Shown here piece by piece: positions 27,967-36,853 of a DNA stretch of 64,000 nt. Position numbers and translations under genes: made by a program. Source of the stretch: Candidatus Peregrinibacteria bacterium GW2011_GWF2_43_17 (GTDB lineage: Bacteria > Patescibacteriota > Gracilibacteria > UBA1369 > UBA12470); assembly GCA_000999315.1 (NCBI GenBank), contig LCFW01000001.1:11637-75636 (forward strand). Direction: 5' to 3'. The stretch's first letter is position 1; the number at the start of each line of letters is the position of its first letter. The notes below the pieces were generated by a model. That model saw only the letters and a program-made list of their open reading frames with translations, made no database searches and was not told the DNA's origin.

Positions 27967-28077
27967 TGTTTTGATGTTTTAATAAATGTGTTCCGGGGTT
28001 TTCACCCCTTTGTGAATGATTGTTGAGACAAATTGTCAAGGAACGTTTCGACCAGCTTTATTTATGCTGATCATGTT

Positions 28078-28106
28078 ATTATAATACGGAAAATTATCAT
28101 TGTCAA
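28078..28106 (-). promoter_or_regulatory. Perfect consensus sigma70 promoter for the WxL-like gene
   Basis: Minus strand reads TTGACA-atgataattttccgtat (17 bp)-TATAAT. Confidence 0.85.
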
Positions 28107-28175
28107 TGCGGTATAATGGTAAATTTCCAACCGGTCTGTCAAAATAATTTTCTCGATTTTTTAATCCAATCAATT

Positions 28176-29822
28176 ATGTCAGCCATGAATCCTGAATCGT
28201 TTCAAATGTCGGGATCGAAGCTGATGCGCTTGGCGGGAACTTGTTTGGTTATGAGCGGTTGCGGTGTTCCCGATCAAGGACCCGGACGTGCACCGCTTTC
28301 ATTGGTTGAGGGGAATCGCGGAATAGAAATATACGATGTGGGTATGGCGTCTCATGTAACGGTTCCCGTTAAACAAGTTTACGTGCGCGATCTCGCGGGA
28401 CTTACCGATGAGAACTTGGGTTCTTTGCCGTTTGAGCTTCAAGAATTATTGAAAGGTCCGAGACAACAGGTTAGTCTTTTATTGCATGATGGAGATTTTA
28501 GAGAAAAAGATGAAAACGGAGATACGGTTGTTCATTACAGAGTCGGTATGCGTCTTGACGATAGCGGTTCGTCTCCGGTTCCTCCGGCACCGTTTGTCCA
28601 GTTTGTGCTGGAAGAAGGTATTGTTGCTAACGAAGTGACGCCCGATAGCAATCCGAACTTGGCGATATGCGATGGTTGCGATCTTGTTTATCCCGCCGTC
28701 GCGCATCGTTTGAACGAGGAAACCGGAGAAACGGAAGCGTATCACATGGTTAGCGTAATGGGTGGTGATTTTTCGGAGTGTTCTTACGAGCCTTATATAA
28801 ATGGGGAGCGTGTATGGGATCCCGTGTATGAAAATTGTGCGATTGTCAGTTGGCAACTTGATCGGAGCGAAGGCGCGGGCAGTGTGCCGCATAATACGCC
28901 GAACGGGGCGATGGCGTACAGTACTTATATGGAGCACGATGAAACGTTTACGACTTGCGGACGAGAAGATAATGTCGGATACCACGGTTCGTTTGCGATG
29001 GAACGTGGTAATACGGAAGAAGAGTTGTGTATTCCGGATTCCGAAACTCATACTTGGGAATCGTCTTTGAGTTTGGGTAATAATTCTCTCGATGTTTTGT
29101 TTTCGCCTCCCGAAGGTGATATGACCACGGCCGAGGGAGACGGAGTTGAAGCGCTGACAACCGGATATCACAATGTGTTTTCCAATAACGAGATGTTGGA
29201 ATGTGCGCGCAGTAGATTCCTTTTTGCCGGCGATGCCATGGAACAATTATCCGTTTATGATCCGGGTACGCCTTCTTCGGGCAATGACATGCATTGCCTT
29301 CGTCCGATACAGAATCATGATGGCGATATAATGGGGATAAGATTTGAAGCGGACAGTACGTTGGGCTGGCCGCTTGATAATGAATGGTACGCTCAATTTG
29401 CTAATTTGAGTACCGGTCAAGTGTTATTGAATGTCACTTCAAATCGCACGTTGCCGGAAACGGGAACCGATTTTTGCGGTAATGTGGCTTATATATCCGC
29501 TGTTAACGAGAGCGGAGTCAAAGTTTTATATGAAGTTTATCCGGAGGATAATCCGCCCGCGGAGTGTGATTTGAGGGGCGAAATTGTTGATACGGGCGAT
29601 ACAGGTGATACCGGCGAGATCGTTGATACTGCGGATACGGATGATACAGGTGATATTGTTGATACGTCGGATACCGATAATGTTGTTGATACTGCGGATA
29701 CTGGGAAAACCAACGACGATGAAGGTTGCGATTGCGGTTCGTCACATTTAAACGGAGCGGGATTGTCACCCTTGTTGCTTGGGTTTGCCGCACTTATAAG
29801 GAGAAAGCTCTACCGAATTTGA
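28176..29822 (+). CDS. Acidic surface protein with possible lipobox, DTG-repeat linker and MYXO-CTERM-like C-terminus
   Basis: LVMSGC near the N-terminus; DTGDTGDTG...DTADTG; GCDCGSS + hydrophobic LSPLLLGFAALI + RRK; start uncertain (28116, 28176 or later). Confidence 0.75.
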   Translation: MSAMNPESFQMSGSKLMRLAGTCLVMSGCGVPDQGPGRAPLSLVEGNRGIEIYDVGMASHVTVPVKQVYVRDLAGLTDENLGSLPFELQELLKGPRQQVSLLLHDGDFREKDENGDTVVHYRVGMRLDDSGSSPVPPAPFVQFVLEEGIVANEVTPDSNPNLAICDGCDLVYPAVAHRLNEETGETEAYHMVSVMGGDFSECSYEPYINGERVWDPVYENCAIVSWQLDRSEGAGSVPHNTPNGAMAYSTYMEHDETFTTCGREDNVGYHGSFAMERGNTEEELCIPDSETHTWESSLSLGNNSLDVLFSPPEGDMTTAEGDGVEALTTGYHNVFSNNEMLECARSRFLFAGDAMEQLSVYDPGTPSSGNDMHCLRPIQNHDGDIMGIRFEADSTLGWPLDNEWYAQFANLSTGQVLLNVTSNRTLPETGTDFCGNVAYISAVNESGVKVLYEVYPEDNPPAECDLRGEIVDTGDTGDTGEIVDTADTDDTGDIVDTSDTDNVVDTADTGKTNDDEGCDCGSSHLNGAGLSPLLLGFAALIRRKLYRI

Positions 29823-32362
29823 AATACGTGCGTTTCAGCGTTTCCGCCGATATATACCAGGTTCGTATTCGCGAATTCCAGGATTTCTTCGCTGGCGTAA
29901 AAGAGTTCTGTCGGCAGGTCCGGGTCGTTAACCGGCGTGCTCAAAACCATATAGTCGAATCCCGATTCTTGAAAAGCCGCCATTATTTTTTCCGAATCTC
30001 CGTCCCAAGCGGTATATAAGCAATTAAAGAAATCAATATATCTGTCCGAGTAAACTCTGGTATTGTTTTGATCGATAAAAAACAATAAGGAAGCGTTGTT
30101 CGTTATATAGATGGTGTCTTCCGGGTTTGAATTTAATATATTTGCCAGATATTCGTGTTCGGGGAATCGGTTATTCGCGAACTCCGAGTCGTTTATCAGT
30201 CCTGCCAAATACGGAGCTGTCAATTTTGTTCGCGACAAGAACCAATTGGAACGGTTCCAGAATGACATGAGCAGGAAAATTATTATGAGTGTCCACGTTA
30301 AGGTTCGGATTATTTTTTCTTTTGCTAGCAAATATTTAATCGCGATCGCCAGCCACATTAACAGGAATACGAATCCCGTTATTCCGTACCACAAAACCTG
30401 ATTTGATATATAAAACCATATTATCCAATAAAAAATCCCTCCGGTTATAAATATTATCGGTATTTCCTCGCGGCGTTTAATGAAAGGTATTATTAATATC
30501 AACGGACAGATTGCCAAAAACAAGAATCCCGGATCGGTTGCCGGAGCCAGCGTGGAAGTGAGCATGGTTATGTCCCATGGACCGCGCATGATCCCGAATA
30601 AATTATCCGTATCGAGTTCGTATTTCACATAATCTCCGGTTGCGTTTCCCGGTGATGAGCAGATGGATGTGTCTATGTCGAATTCGTCGTATGAAATTTC
30701 GATTTTTTCTTCCGGCGGGTTTGACGACAAAACGTTGAATAAAGACGAAAAATCTTCATGTCCGGCAATGTTTATAGCGAACCATGGTAATATCGGCAAG
30801 GCTATGCCAAATATCATTACAGCGATACTTCCCAGCTTCCTTGTCAGTCCTCTTTTATTTTTTAGAATTATTATCACGATGCTGATCAAGAAAATGCCAC
30901 CGGCGATCCAGTTAATCGGAGACGAGTAGCCCAATAACGCGAGTCCGAATAAAATGCCGCTGATTGCGCATACTTCCCCCCATCTTTTCAGCAGTTGCGA
31001 GCTTGCTAGCAGTATCAACGTGATTACCAAAAGCGCCGCCGTCAGTTTTATGCTTAATGCGAAGCCGGTCAGTAATCCACTTAAGAGGAGCCATTTGATG
31101 TTTTTGTTTTCTCTCCATTGATCGAATGCGAATATGCTTAAAATTGAAAAGAAAAACAGCGGCATCTCGACTTTGAGATCTATGTGACTGTGATAAAAAA
31201 CGATCGGTAATGCGATAGTGATTGCGGATATTATCCATGCGATTTTTTCGTCCGAGTATTTTTTTACAAGGCTGAAAATTGCCAACGCTCCCATTGTCCC
31301 GTATAGAGATGTCAGTATTTGGGAAAGCGCGGTGTTTTTCGTGATTATCGTTCCGATGCTTTGTATCAGCGAGAAAGCATAAATACCCCAGTCGGATCGC
31401 ACGAGACTTCCGGATTCCGCCAATAAGCGAGGCATGTTCATGTACTGGATCAAATCGTCGAAAGCCGATGGCCATGGCGAAATCACTTGAATGAAGTTCC
31501 AAGCGCTGAAGAATATTATTAAAAGAATCGCTATAAGTTGAATGTATGGGATGTCTTTGATCGGTTTTGTTCTGTACGTGATAATTTCGCGAATTGTTTT
31601 TTTTGTTTCGTTATGCTTTATTCCGATTAGGATTGTCGGAATTACTCCCAGTATCAGCGTCAAGCCGAATATATTCAGTTTTCCCGCGACAGCCGCTGTT
31701 AACAATAGTAGGCTGCTTATCATGGTTCCCGCGCCCAACGACAGGAGTATCGGGTTTGGTATTTTTTGTTCTTTAAATATCGTTTTCAAGAATAACCATC
31801 CGTATATGAAAAAGATGGTTAAGCTCCAACCTGCGAGTAGCAAGTATTTGGTCAGGCTTAGAATTATATTAAAAAGACCGTTAATCGGGTTGATGCTTTC
31901 GAAATACGGTGCTAAAGATTCCCAGTTTTCCGCGTATAGCTCTCGAGGGTTAGCGACGACCATGCCATCCGACAGTTCGATTTGGTCATAGGTGATTGAC
32001 TCGCCTTGATATGTTTGCAGTATTTCGTTTGTTTCTATAATTGCAGGACCCCTGTAAATTTGAAAATCATCCCATACGAATCGGCTCCATGCCAATATTA
32101 CAACCAGTATGAACGATGAAACTGCGATTGTCATAACGGAAAGTCCCTTATCGGATTTCGAGAATTTTCTTATTGCGATTATCGGTATGACAAATAAAAC
32201 CAATACGAAAAGCAGATATTTCAATCCGTCGGCGATCGTTAAATCCGGGTTGATCGGGCTTATGAAGTCTTGATGTTCGTAAAAATAGAATCCGGTTATA
32301 ATGAATGACCACATCAGATACAATATTATTCCCGCGGTTGATTTTATCTTTTGATATAACAT
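29810..32362 (-). CDS. Polytopic membrane glycosyltransferase (GT-C fold, ArnT/PMT-like)
   Basis: Many TMs; FDDLIQYMNMP luminal motif; KVE; LLSGLLTGFALSIKLT. Confidence 0.75.
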   Translation of the reverse strand: MLYQKIKSTAGIILYLMWSFIITGFYFYEHQDFISPINPDLTIADGLKYLLFVLVLFVIPIIAIRKFSKSDKGLSVMTIAVSSFILVVILAWSRFVWDDFQIYRGPAIIETNEILQTYQGESITYDQIELSDGMVVANPRELYAENWESLAPYFESINPINGLFNIILSLTKYLLLAGWSLTIFFIYGWLFLKTIFKEQKIPNPILLSLGAGTMISSLLLLTAAVAGKLNIFGLTLILGVIPTILIGIKHNETKKTIREIITYRTKPIKDIPYIQLIAILLIIFFSAWNFIQVISPWPSAFDDLIQYMNMPRLLAESGSLVRSDWGIYAFSLIQSIGTIITKNTALSQILTSLYGTMGALAIFSLVKKYSDEKIAWIISAITIALPIVFYHSHIDLKVEMPLFFFSILSIFAFDQWRENKNIKWLLLSGLLTGFALSIKLTAALLVITLILLASSQLLKRWGEVCAISGILFGLALLGYSSPINWIAGGIFLISIVIIILKNKRGLTRKLGSIAVMIFGIALPILPWFAINIAGHEDFSSLFNVLSSNPPEEKIEISYDEFDIDTSICSSPGNATGDYVKYELDTDNLFGIMRGPWDITMLTSTLAPATDPGFLFLAICPLILIIPFIKRREEIPIIFITGGIFYWIIWFYISNQVLWYGITGFVFLLMWLAIAIKYLLAKEKIIRTLTWTLIIIFLLMSFWNRSNWFLSRTKLTAPYLAGLINDSEFANNRFPEHEYLANILNSNPEDTIYITNNASLLFFIDQNNTRVYSDRYIDFFNCLYTAWDGDSEKIMAAFQESGFDYMVLSTPVNDPDLPTELFYASEEILEFANTNLVYIGGNAETHVFQIR

Positions 32363-32409
32363 TTTGTTCGATTATAAAACGGATAATAATCGGCGACTAT
32401 AACGAACTA

Positions 32410-32438
32410 TTGACGAATCATGCGAATTGCCTTAAAAT
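32410..32438 (+). promoter_or_regulatory. Sigma70-type promoter for the 32470 gene
   Basis: TTGACG-17 bp-TAAAAT. Confidence 0.6.
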
Positions 32439-32469
32439 ACCCTCCTCGTAATATTTAACATACAATTGT

Positions 32470-33399
32470 ATGACAATGGATTCACCAGGCCAACAGGGAG
32501 GGATATGTGAAGGATTGGACGAAACACAAATAGAAACATTGCGGGGACTTCTGAAAGCCGTAATTTTTCAAGGAATCGATCCGCAAAGAATAAGAGAGTT
32601 GCTTTTGGATACGAATAACGCTTTAAGGATTACGGTAAGCCCTGGTGTGGAGTTGGTGGACCCGGTAAGCGATTTTCTTAATGGAGGGTTGGTTGTAGTT
32701 GTCAGTGATAACTTTTCGATTCGAACCGAACTGGGGATTATACCGGTTGGAGCAAATATGCATATTGGTGAAAGGGTCGCCTTGGGGATATCCCAGGAAA
32801 GGGCAACGCAAGTAACGGTTGCCGCCAATGGAGAGATCATCGCCATTCCAAACACATTGGCGGAATTGGGATTCACATTGGCGGAACTGAATCAAATTGG
32901 TTTAAATGTCCTGAGAAATCCTCAATTAAGAACGATAAATGCCGTAGCAGTTGAAACCGATGGGCTCAGACCCGGCGTATCGGAAGGGGTTGATCCGGGC
33001 AGTAATTTGATGGAATATTTTCAAAATCTGTTGCCGGGTGAAGAATTTGAGCCGTTGGAACTAACTCGCGGAGTACTTCCAGAAAAACCCGGACATCTGT
33101 TGGTGATTACGGGTCCTATTGGGAATCCTATTCGTGTTAATGATAAACTAACCAGGCAGTTGGTTGCGTCTATAAGACCCCCCATCGTGGTTCATGAAAC
33201 GATAGCGGTCGGTGGTGAGTCCACGGCAATTTTGATAGGGTCTTATGGCAATAGTGGGTTTTATATACCACTTACCGAAAATGTTCCCACATCGCGCACG
33301 GTGGAACAACAAGCAAGATTGATACGTATCGCTTTGGTGACGGGAGACGTAAAGCTTACAGATCAATCTGCGGCGATAGGAGATGCCCAGATGGGGTAG
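32470..33399 (+). CDS. Hypothetical protein, possibly tandem degenerate cyclic-nucleotide-binding domains
   Basis: IFQGID...GLVVVVS...IGERVALGISQERATQV resembles a cNMP-binding barrel; a weaker second copy follows. Confidence 0.6.
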   Translation: MTMDSPGQQGGICEGLDETQIETLRGLLKAVIFQGIDPQRIRELLLDTNNALRITVSPGVELVDPVSDFLNGGLVVVVSDNFSIRTELGIIPVGANMHIGERVALGISQERATQVTVAANGEIIAIPNTLAELGFTLAELNQIGLNVLRNPQLRTINAVAVETDGLRPGVSEGVDPGSNLMEYFQNLLPGEEFEPLELTRGVLPEKPGHLLVITGPIGNPIRVNDKLTRQLVASIRPPIVVHETIAVGGESTAILIGSYGNSGFYIPLTENVPTSRTVEQQARLIRIALVTGDVKLTDQSAAIGDAQMG

Positions 33400-33416
33400 T
33401 GGGGATTGTGTAATTC

Positions 33417-33425
33417 TGTTATAAT
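33417..33425 (+). promoter_or_regulatory. Extended -10 promoter of rnpB
   Basis: TGtTATAAT about 7 nt upstream of the P1 helix start. Confidence 0.7.
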
Positions 33426-33431
33426 TATCTC

Positions 33432-33834
33432 GCAGTGTTCTTTGTAAATGCGCAGTTACCGGTTCCTTAATTGGGGCTGGAGGAAAGTCCGGACAATATA
33501 AGGAAAGGGAAGTCTCTAACGGAGATCGGTGCGGAACCTAACAAGACCGCATTAGGGAAAGTGCCACAGAGACAATACTATTTCTCACTTCGGTGAGAGA
33601 AAAAGGTGAAAAGTCCCGCTAAGCGGGGACATTATGCGTTTCTTTGGGGTCAAACCCCATGAAACGGTCAGAAGTTGGTAAACCCTTCCCGTTGCAAGGT
33701 GAGACTGGTAATCAAGGACAACTTTTATCCTTAAAAGCTTGATTACTCACCGCTCGAGTTCGTCAGCAATGGCGAACCCAGACAGATGACTGCTTAAATA
33801 CAAAATCCGGCTTATAGTTTATGGGGGACACTGT
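33432..33834 (+). ncRNA. rnpB: RNase P RNA, bacterial type A
   Basis: GAGGAAAGTCCGG, GGAAAGTGCCACAGA, GGTGAAA, GGTAAACCC, AGACAGATGACTG, ACAAAATCCGGCTTATA; P1 pairing cagtgttctttgtaaat / gtttatgggggacactg. Confidence 0.97.
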
Positions 33835-33881
33835 TTTGCTTCCGACCTGCTACTTTTCCCGCTTCAGGGACGTCGTTCTCA

Positions 33882-34487
33882 CTACTTTCCTAACTTCCCG
33901 AATTCTCTTTGAAAAAACAACGCCGTTTGCAAGCAGTCGCGAGCCTTTTCGTTTTCAGGTTCGACTTGGATGGCGTGATTGAGAAGTTTTATTGTGCGTT
34001 CGAATTTTTTCTCATTCAAATAACAGACCGAGAGGTCGCAAATAATGAGAACGTCGTCCGGCGATATTGCGAGAGCTCTTTCCATTAGGACGAGACCTTT
34101 TGTTCTGTTTTCGCCGTGGAAAATCGACCAGCCCAGACATCTTAATATTTCCGGGTGGTTGGGTTGAATTTTGTAAGCTTCTTCAAGATGGCTTATTGAT
34201 CTCCTGAAATCGCCTGTCGAAGAGTAGGTGAATCCTATCAAATAGTGTGCGTTGGCGCTTCTCGGATTTAGTTTAAGAGCGCGAGTGAGTGATTTTAATG
34301 CTTTGTCGAATTCTCGCAGACTTAAGTAATTGTCGCCGAGTTCTTCATAAGCTTCGGCACATTCAAGGTCGTTAAGCAAGATTTTTTGGCAAATTGAAAT
34401 AGCTTCTTGATGTTTGCCTTGAAGTTTCAACTTGTCGGCTTCGATAAGCGGATCTTGGTATGATGTAGTTTGATTGTCGTCGTACAT
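33882..34487 (-). CDS. Tetratricopeptide repeat protein
   Basis: Successive TPR units (AEAYEELGDNY, ANAHYLIGFTY, PEILRCLGW). Confidence 0.9.
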   Translation of the reverse strand: MYDDNQTTSYQDPLIEADKLKLQGKHQEAISICQKILLNDLECAEAYEELGDNYLSLREFDKALKSLTRALKLNPRSANAHYLIGFTYSSTGDFRRSISHLEEAYKIQPNHPEILRCLGWSIFHGENRTKGLVLMERALAISPDDVLIICDLSVCYLNEKKFERTIKLLNHAIQVEPENEKARDCLQTALFFQREFGKLGK

Positions 34488-34540
34488 TTGGAAGGATTTT
34501 CTTTTCTTTAAATCCCTCCATTATATCAGAAAATCAGGAG

Positions 34541-35632
34541 TCATTCAATCGAATTGCAGAAGATTTGTTCATCAATGGTCGTTTCGTTATATATGTCAGT
34601 GCTGACAAGTTCGCCTTGTTCCTTGATTATATCTTTCATCTCTTCAGTCATACTTGCGAAGTCGTCATTGTCTTCCGTGGCGCTGCCATATAATTCTGAA
34701 ACCATGCTTGAGAAATAATACGAGATTCCTGTGTCGATTCCCTCGGTATGCTCCATGGAATAGATGCTATTTAAAGGCATGTCGTAGTCATAAAGATGTC
34801 TCAAAATCATTTCGATATTACTTTCTGACAAATTGTAAATTGCCGTTTCTCCCGAATTATCATTGTTGTTCCAGCTAAGTTCTGTTTTTCCGGTTTCACA
34901 AATCAAGAATTCCGAATGAAAATTTTCGTCGTCGTAATAATATTTTAAGACGATATTTTCTTCGTTTTCCGATCCAATAATATTGTGGTACCAATTGTCA
35001 TCTCTCCATTCCGACCATGAGTCCCACCAGAAGCCGTTATATATTATTTTTGCAGCCTCTCCGCGTGTTAGAAAACTATCGGGTTCGAATTTCCATATTT
35101 CGTTATTGTGTCCGCTTATTAACCCCAGATTGTAAGCGGTCATAATATAAGGTGTTTGCGATTCATCCGTTACGTCGTGGAAAATATTATAAAAAATATT
35201 TCCTTCGTCATATTCAAAATATGTTTTGTTGAACCACCATTCTAAAGCCTCGGCTCTGGTAATCGGGTCGTTTGGTCGAAATTCTTCTAGCTCCATATTT
35301 ATAATGCCGAAGCTATTTGCTTTTTCAAAATATGGATAATACCATTCTTCAGGTGCGTCGGGCTCTGTATAAAAAATAGATTTTACTAAAAGTATTTTTA
35401 AGAATTCTGCTCGCGTGATTGGTTGATCCGGGCGGAAATCACCGTTATAGCCGGTAATTGTCGGCTCTGCATTGTAGCTGTCATAAAACAGCTCATAAAG
35501 CTCGGTGATGTATTCTTGAGCCCAATGATTTTCAATATCATGAAAAGGGAGTGTTTCTTCCGTGGCATAAGATATTGAAGTTGTAGCGAGTAGGATGATT
35601 AACGAGGTAATTACGCAGGTGATTTTCCTCAT
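34541..35632 (-). CDS. S-layer homology (SLH) domain protein
   Basis: FHDIENHWAQEYI; FRPDQPITRAEF, FRPNDPITRAEA, FEPDSFLTRGEAAKII; signal peptide. Confidence 0.92.
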   Translation of the reverse strand: MRKITCVITSLIILLATTSISYATEETLPFHDIENHWAQEYITELYELFYDSYNAEPTITGYNGDFRPDQPITRAEFLKILLVKSIFYTEPDAPEEWYYPYFEKANSFGIINMELEEFRPNDPITRAEALEWWFNKTYFEYDEGNIFYNIFHDVTDESQTPYIMTAYNLGLISGHNNEIWKFEPDSFLTRGEAAKIIYNGFWWDSWSEWRDDNWYHNIIGSENEENIVLKYYYDDENFHSEFLICETGKTELSWNNNDNSGETAIYNLSESNIEMILRHLYDYDMPLNSIYSMEHTEGIDTGISYYFSSMVSELYGSATEDNDDFASMTEEMKDIIKEQGELVSTDIYNETTIDEQIFCNSIE

Positions 35633-36492
35633 ATCTTTTTTGATTTTAAAAATTTTGTTAAATCATTTTTAAGGTCCGGTCTTTTTAATGCAAAATCTAT
35701 GGTCGCTTTTATTAAGCCGAGTTTGTCGCCCGTGTCATACCTCGTTCCTTCGAGTTCGCAGGCGTATATTTTTTGTTCTTTCAAGAGTGAGCGAAAGCCG
35801 TCTATAAGCCTGATCTCTCCGTCTTTATGAGAAGACTTGGCTTTTTCAAGATGTTTGAAAATTTCAGGTGTACAGATGTATTTGCCGATAATGCCTAAGT
35901 TTGACGGAGCGTTTTCCGGTTTCGGTTTTTCAACCAAAGATTTTACTTCATGAGTTCTGCCTTTGCTTGAAAGCGGTTCGATAACGCCGTAACTTTCGGT
36001 ATCTCCTTTCGGGATTTTTTCAACTGCGATTATGGATGATTTCGTTTGTTCGTATAAATCGATAAGTTGTTTTAATGCCGGCACTTTCCCGTCGACGATG
36101 TCGTCTCCGAAAAGGACTGCGAAAGGTTCATCGCCGACAACTTCTTTTGCGCATAAAATTGCGTGGCCGTCGCCGAGAGGTTCGGGTTGGCGAATGTAAA
36201 TGAATTTCGCGAGTTTTTCGATTTTTTTAACCTCTTTGAGGAGGGCTGTTTTGCCTTTTTCGACGAGATTGTATTCGAGCTCGAAAGAGTGATCGAAGTG
36301 ATCCTCGATGGCTCTTTTGCCTCGACCAGTGATGATTATTATTTCGGTGATGCCGGAATTTACCGCTTCCTCGACTATATATTGTATGACCGGCTTATCC
36401 ACGATGGGAAGCATCTCTTTCGGGAGTGTTTTTGTTGCCGGAAGAAATCTTGTTCCGAAACCTGCCGCGGGCAGTACAGCTTTTCGTATCAT
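35629..36492 (-). CDS. galU: UTP--glucose-1-phosphate uridylyltransferase
   Basis: KAVLPAAGFGTRFLPATKTLPKEMLPIVDKP, LVEKP, RYDTG. Confidence 0.97.
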   Translation of the reverse strand: MIRKAVLPAAGFGTRFLPATKTLPKEMLPIVDKPVIQYIVEEAVNSGITEIIIITGRGKRAIEDHFDHSFELEYNLVEKGKTALLKEVKKIEKLAKFIYIRQPEPLGDGHAILCAKEVVGDEPFAVLFGDDIVDGKVPALKQLIDLYEQTKSSIIAVEKIPKGDTESYGVIEPLSSKGRTHEVKSLVEKPKPENAPSNLGIIGKYICTPEIFKHLEKAKSSHKDGEIRLIDGFRSLLKEQKIYACELEGTRYDTGDKLGLIKATIDFALKRPDLKNDLTKFLKSKKI

Positions 36493-36496
36493 GGTG

Positions 36497-36853
36497 TTAG
36501 CTTTTTTTAATTTTTACAATGCGCGTTTTTATGCGCTCGACTCGCGGAATTTTTATTACGAGTATGTTGTTTTTGAATTCGGCATCAACCTTGGTTGTGT
36601 CGACATCTTCCGGTAGAACGATTGAGCGCGAGAACATTCCCCAAAAACATTCTTGAATAAAGCAGTCCTCTTTATTGAGCGTTGTGCCGTTTGATCTTTC
36701 GCCTTTAATGGTGAGAACATTGTCCGTGACGGTTATCGAGACGTCTTCGGGTTTTACTCCGGCGACGGGTGCTACCACTGCGATTTCGTCTTTGCCTTGA
36801 AAGACGTCAACCGACAGCTGACCTTCAGGGTTTTTTTGTATATTGGTTTTCAT
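36497..36853 (-). CDS. Hsp20/alpha-crystallin small heat-shock protein
   Basis: LTIKGER, ECFWGMFSRSIVLP, AEFKNNILVIKIP. Confidence 0.93.
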   Translation of the reverse strand: MKTNIQKNPEGQLSVDVFQGKDEIAVVAPVAGVKPEDVSITVTDNVLTIKGERSNGTTLNKEDCFIQECFWGMFSRSIVLPEDVDTTKVDAEFKNNILVIKIPRVERIKTRIVKIKKS

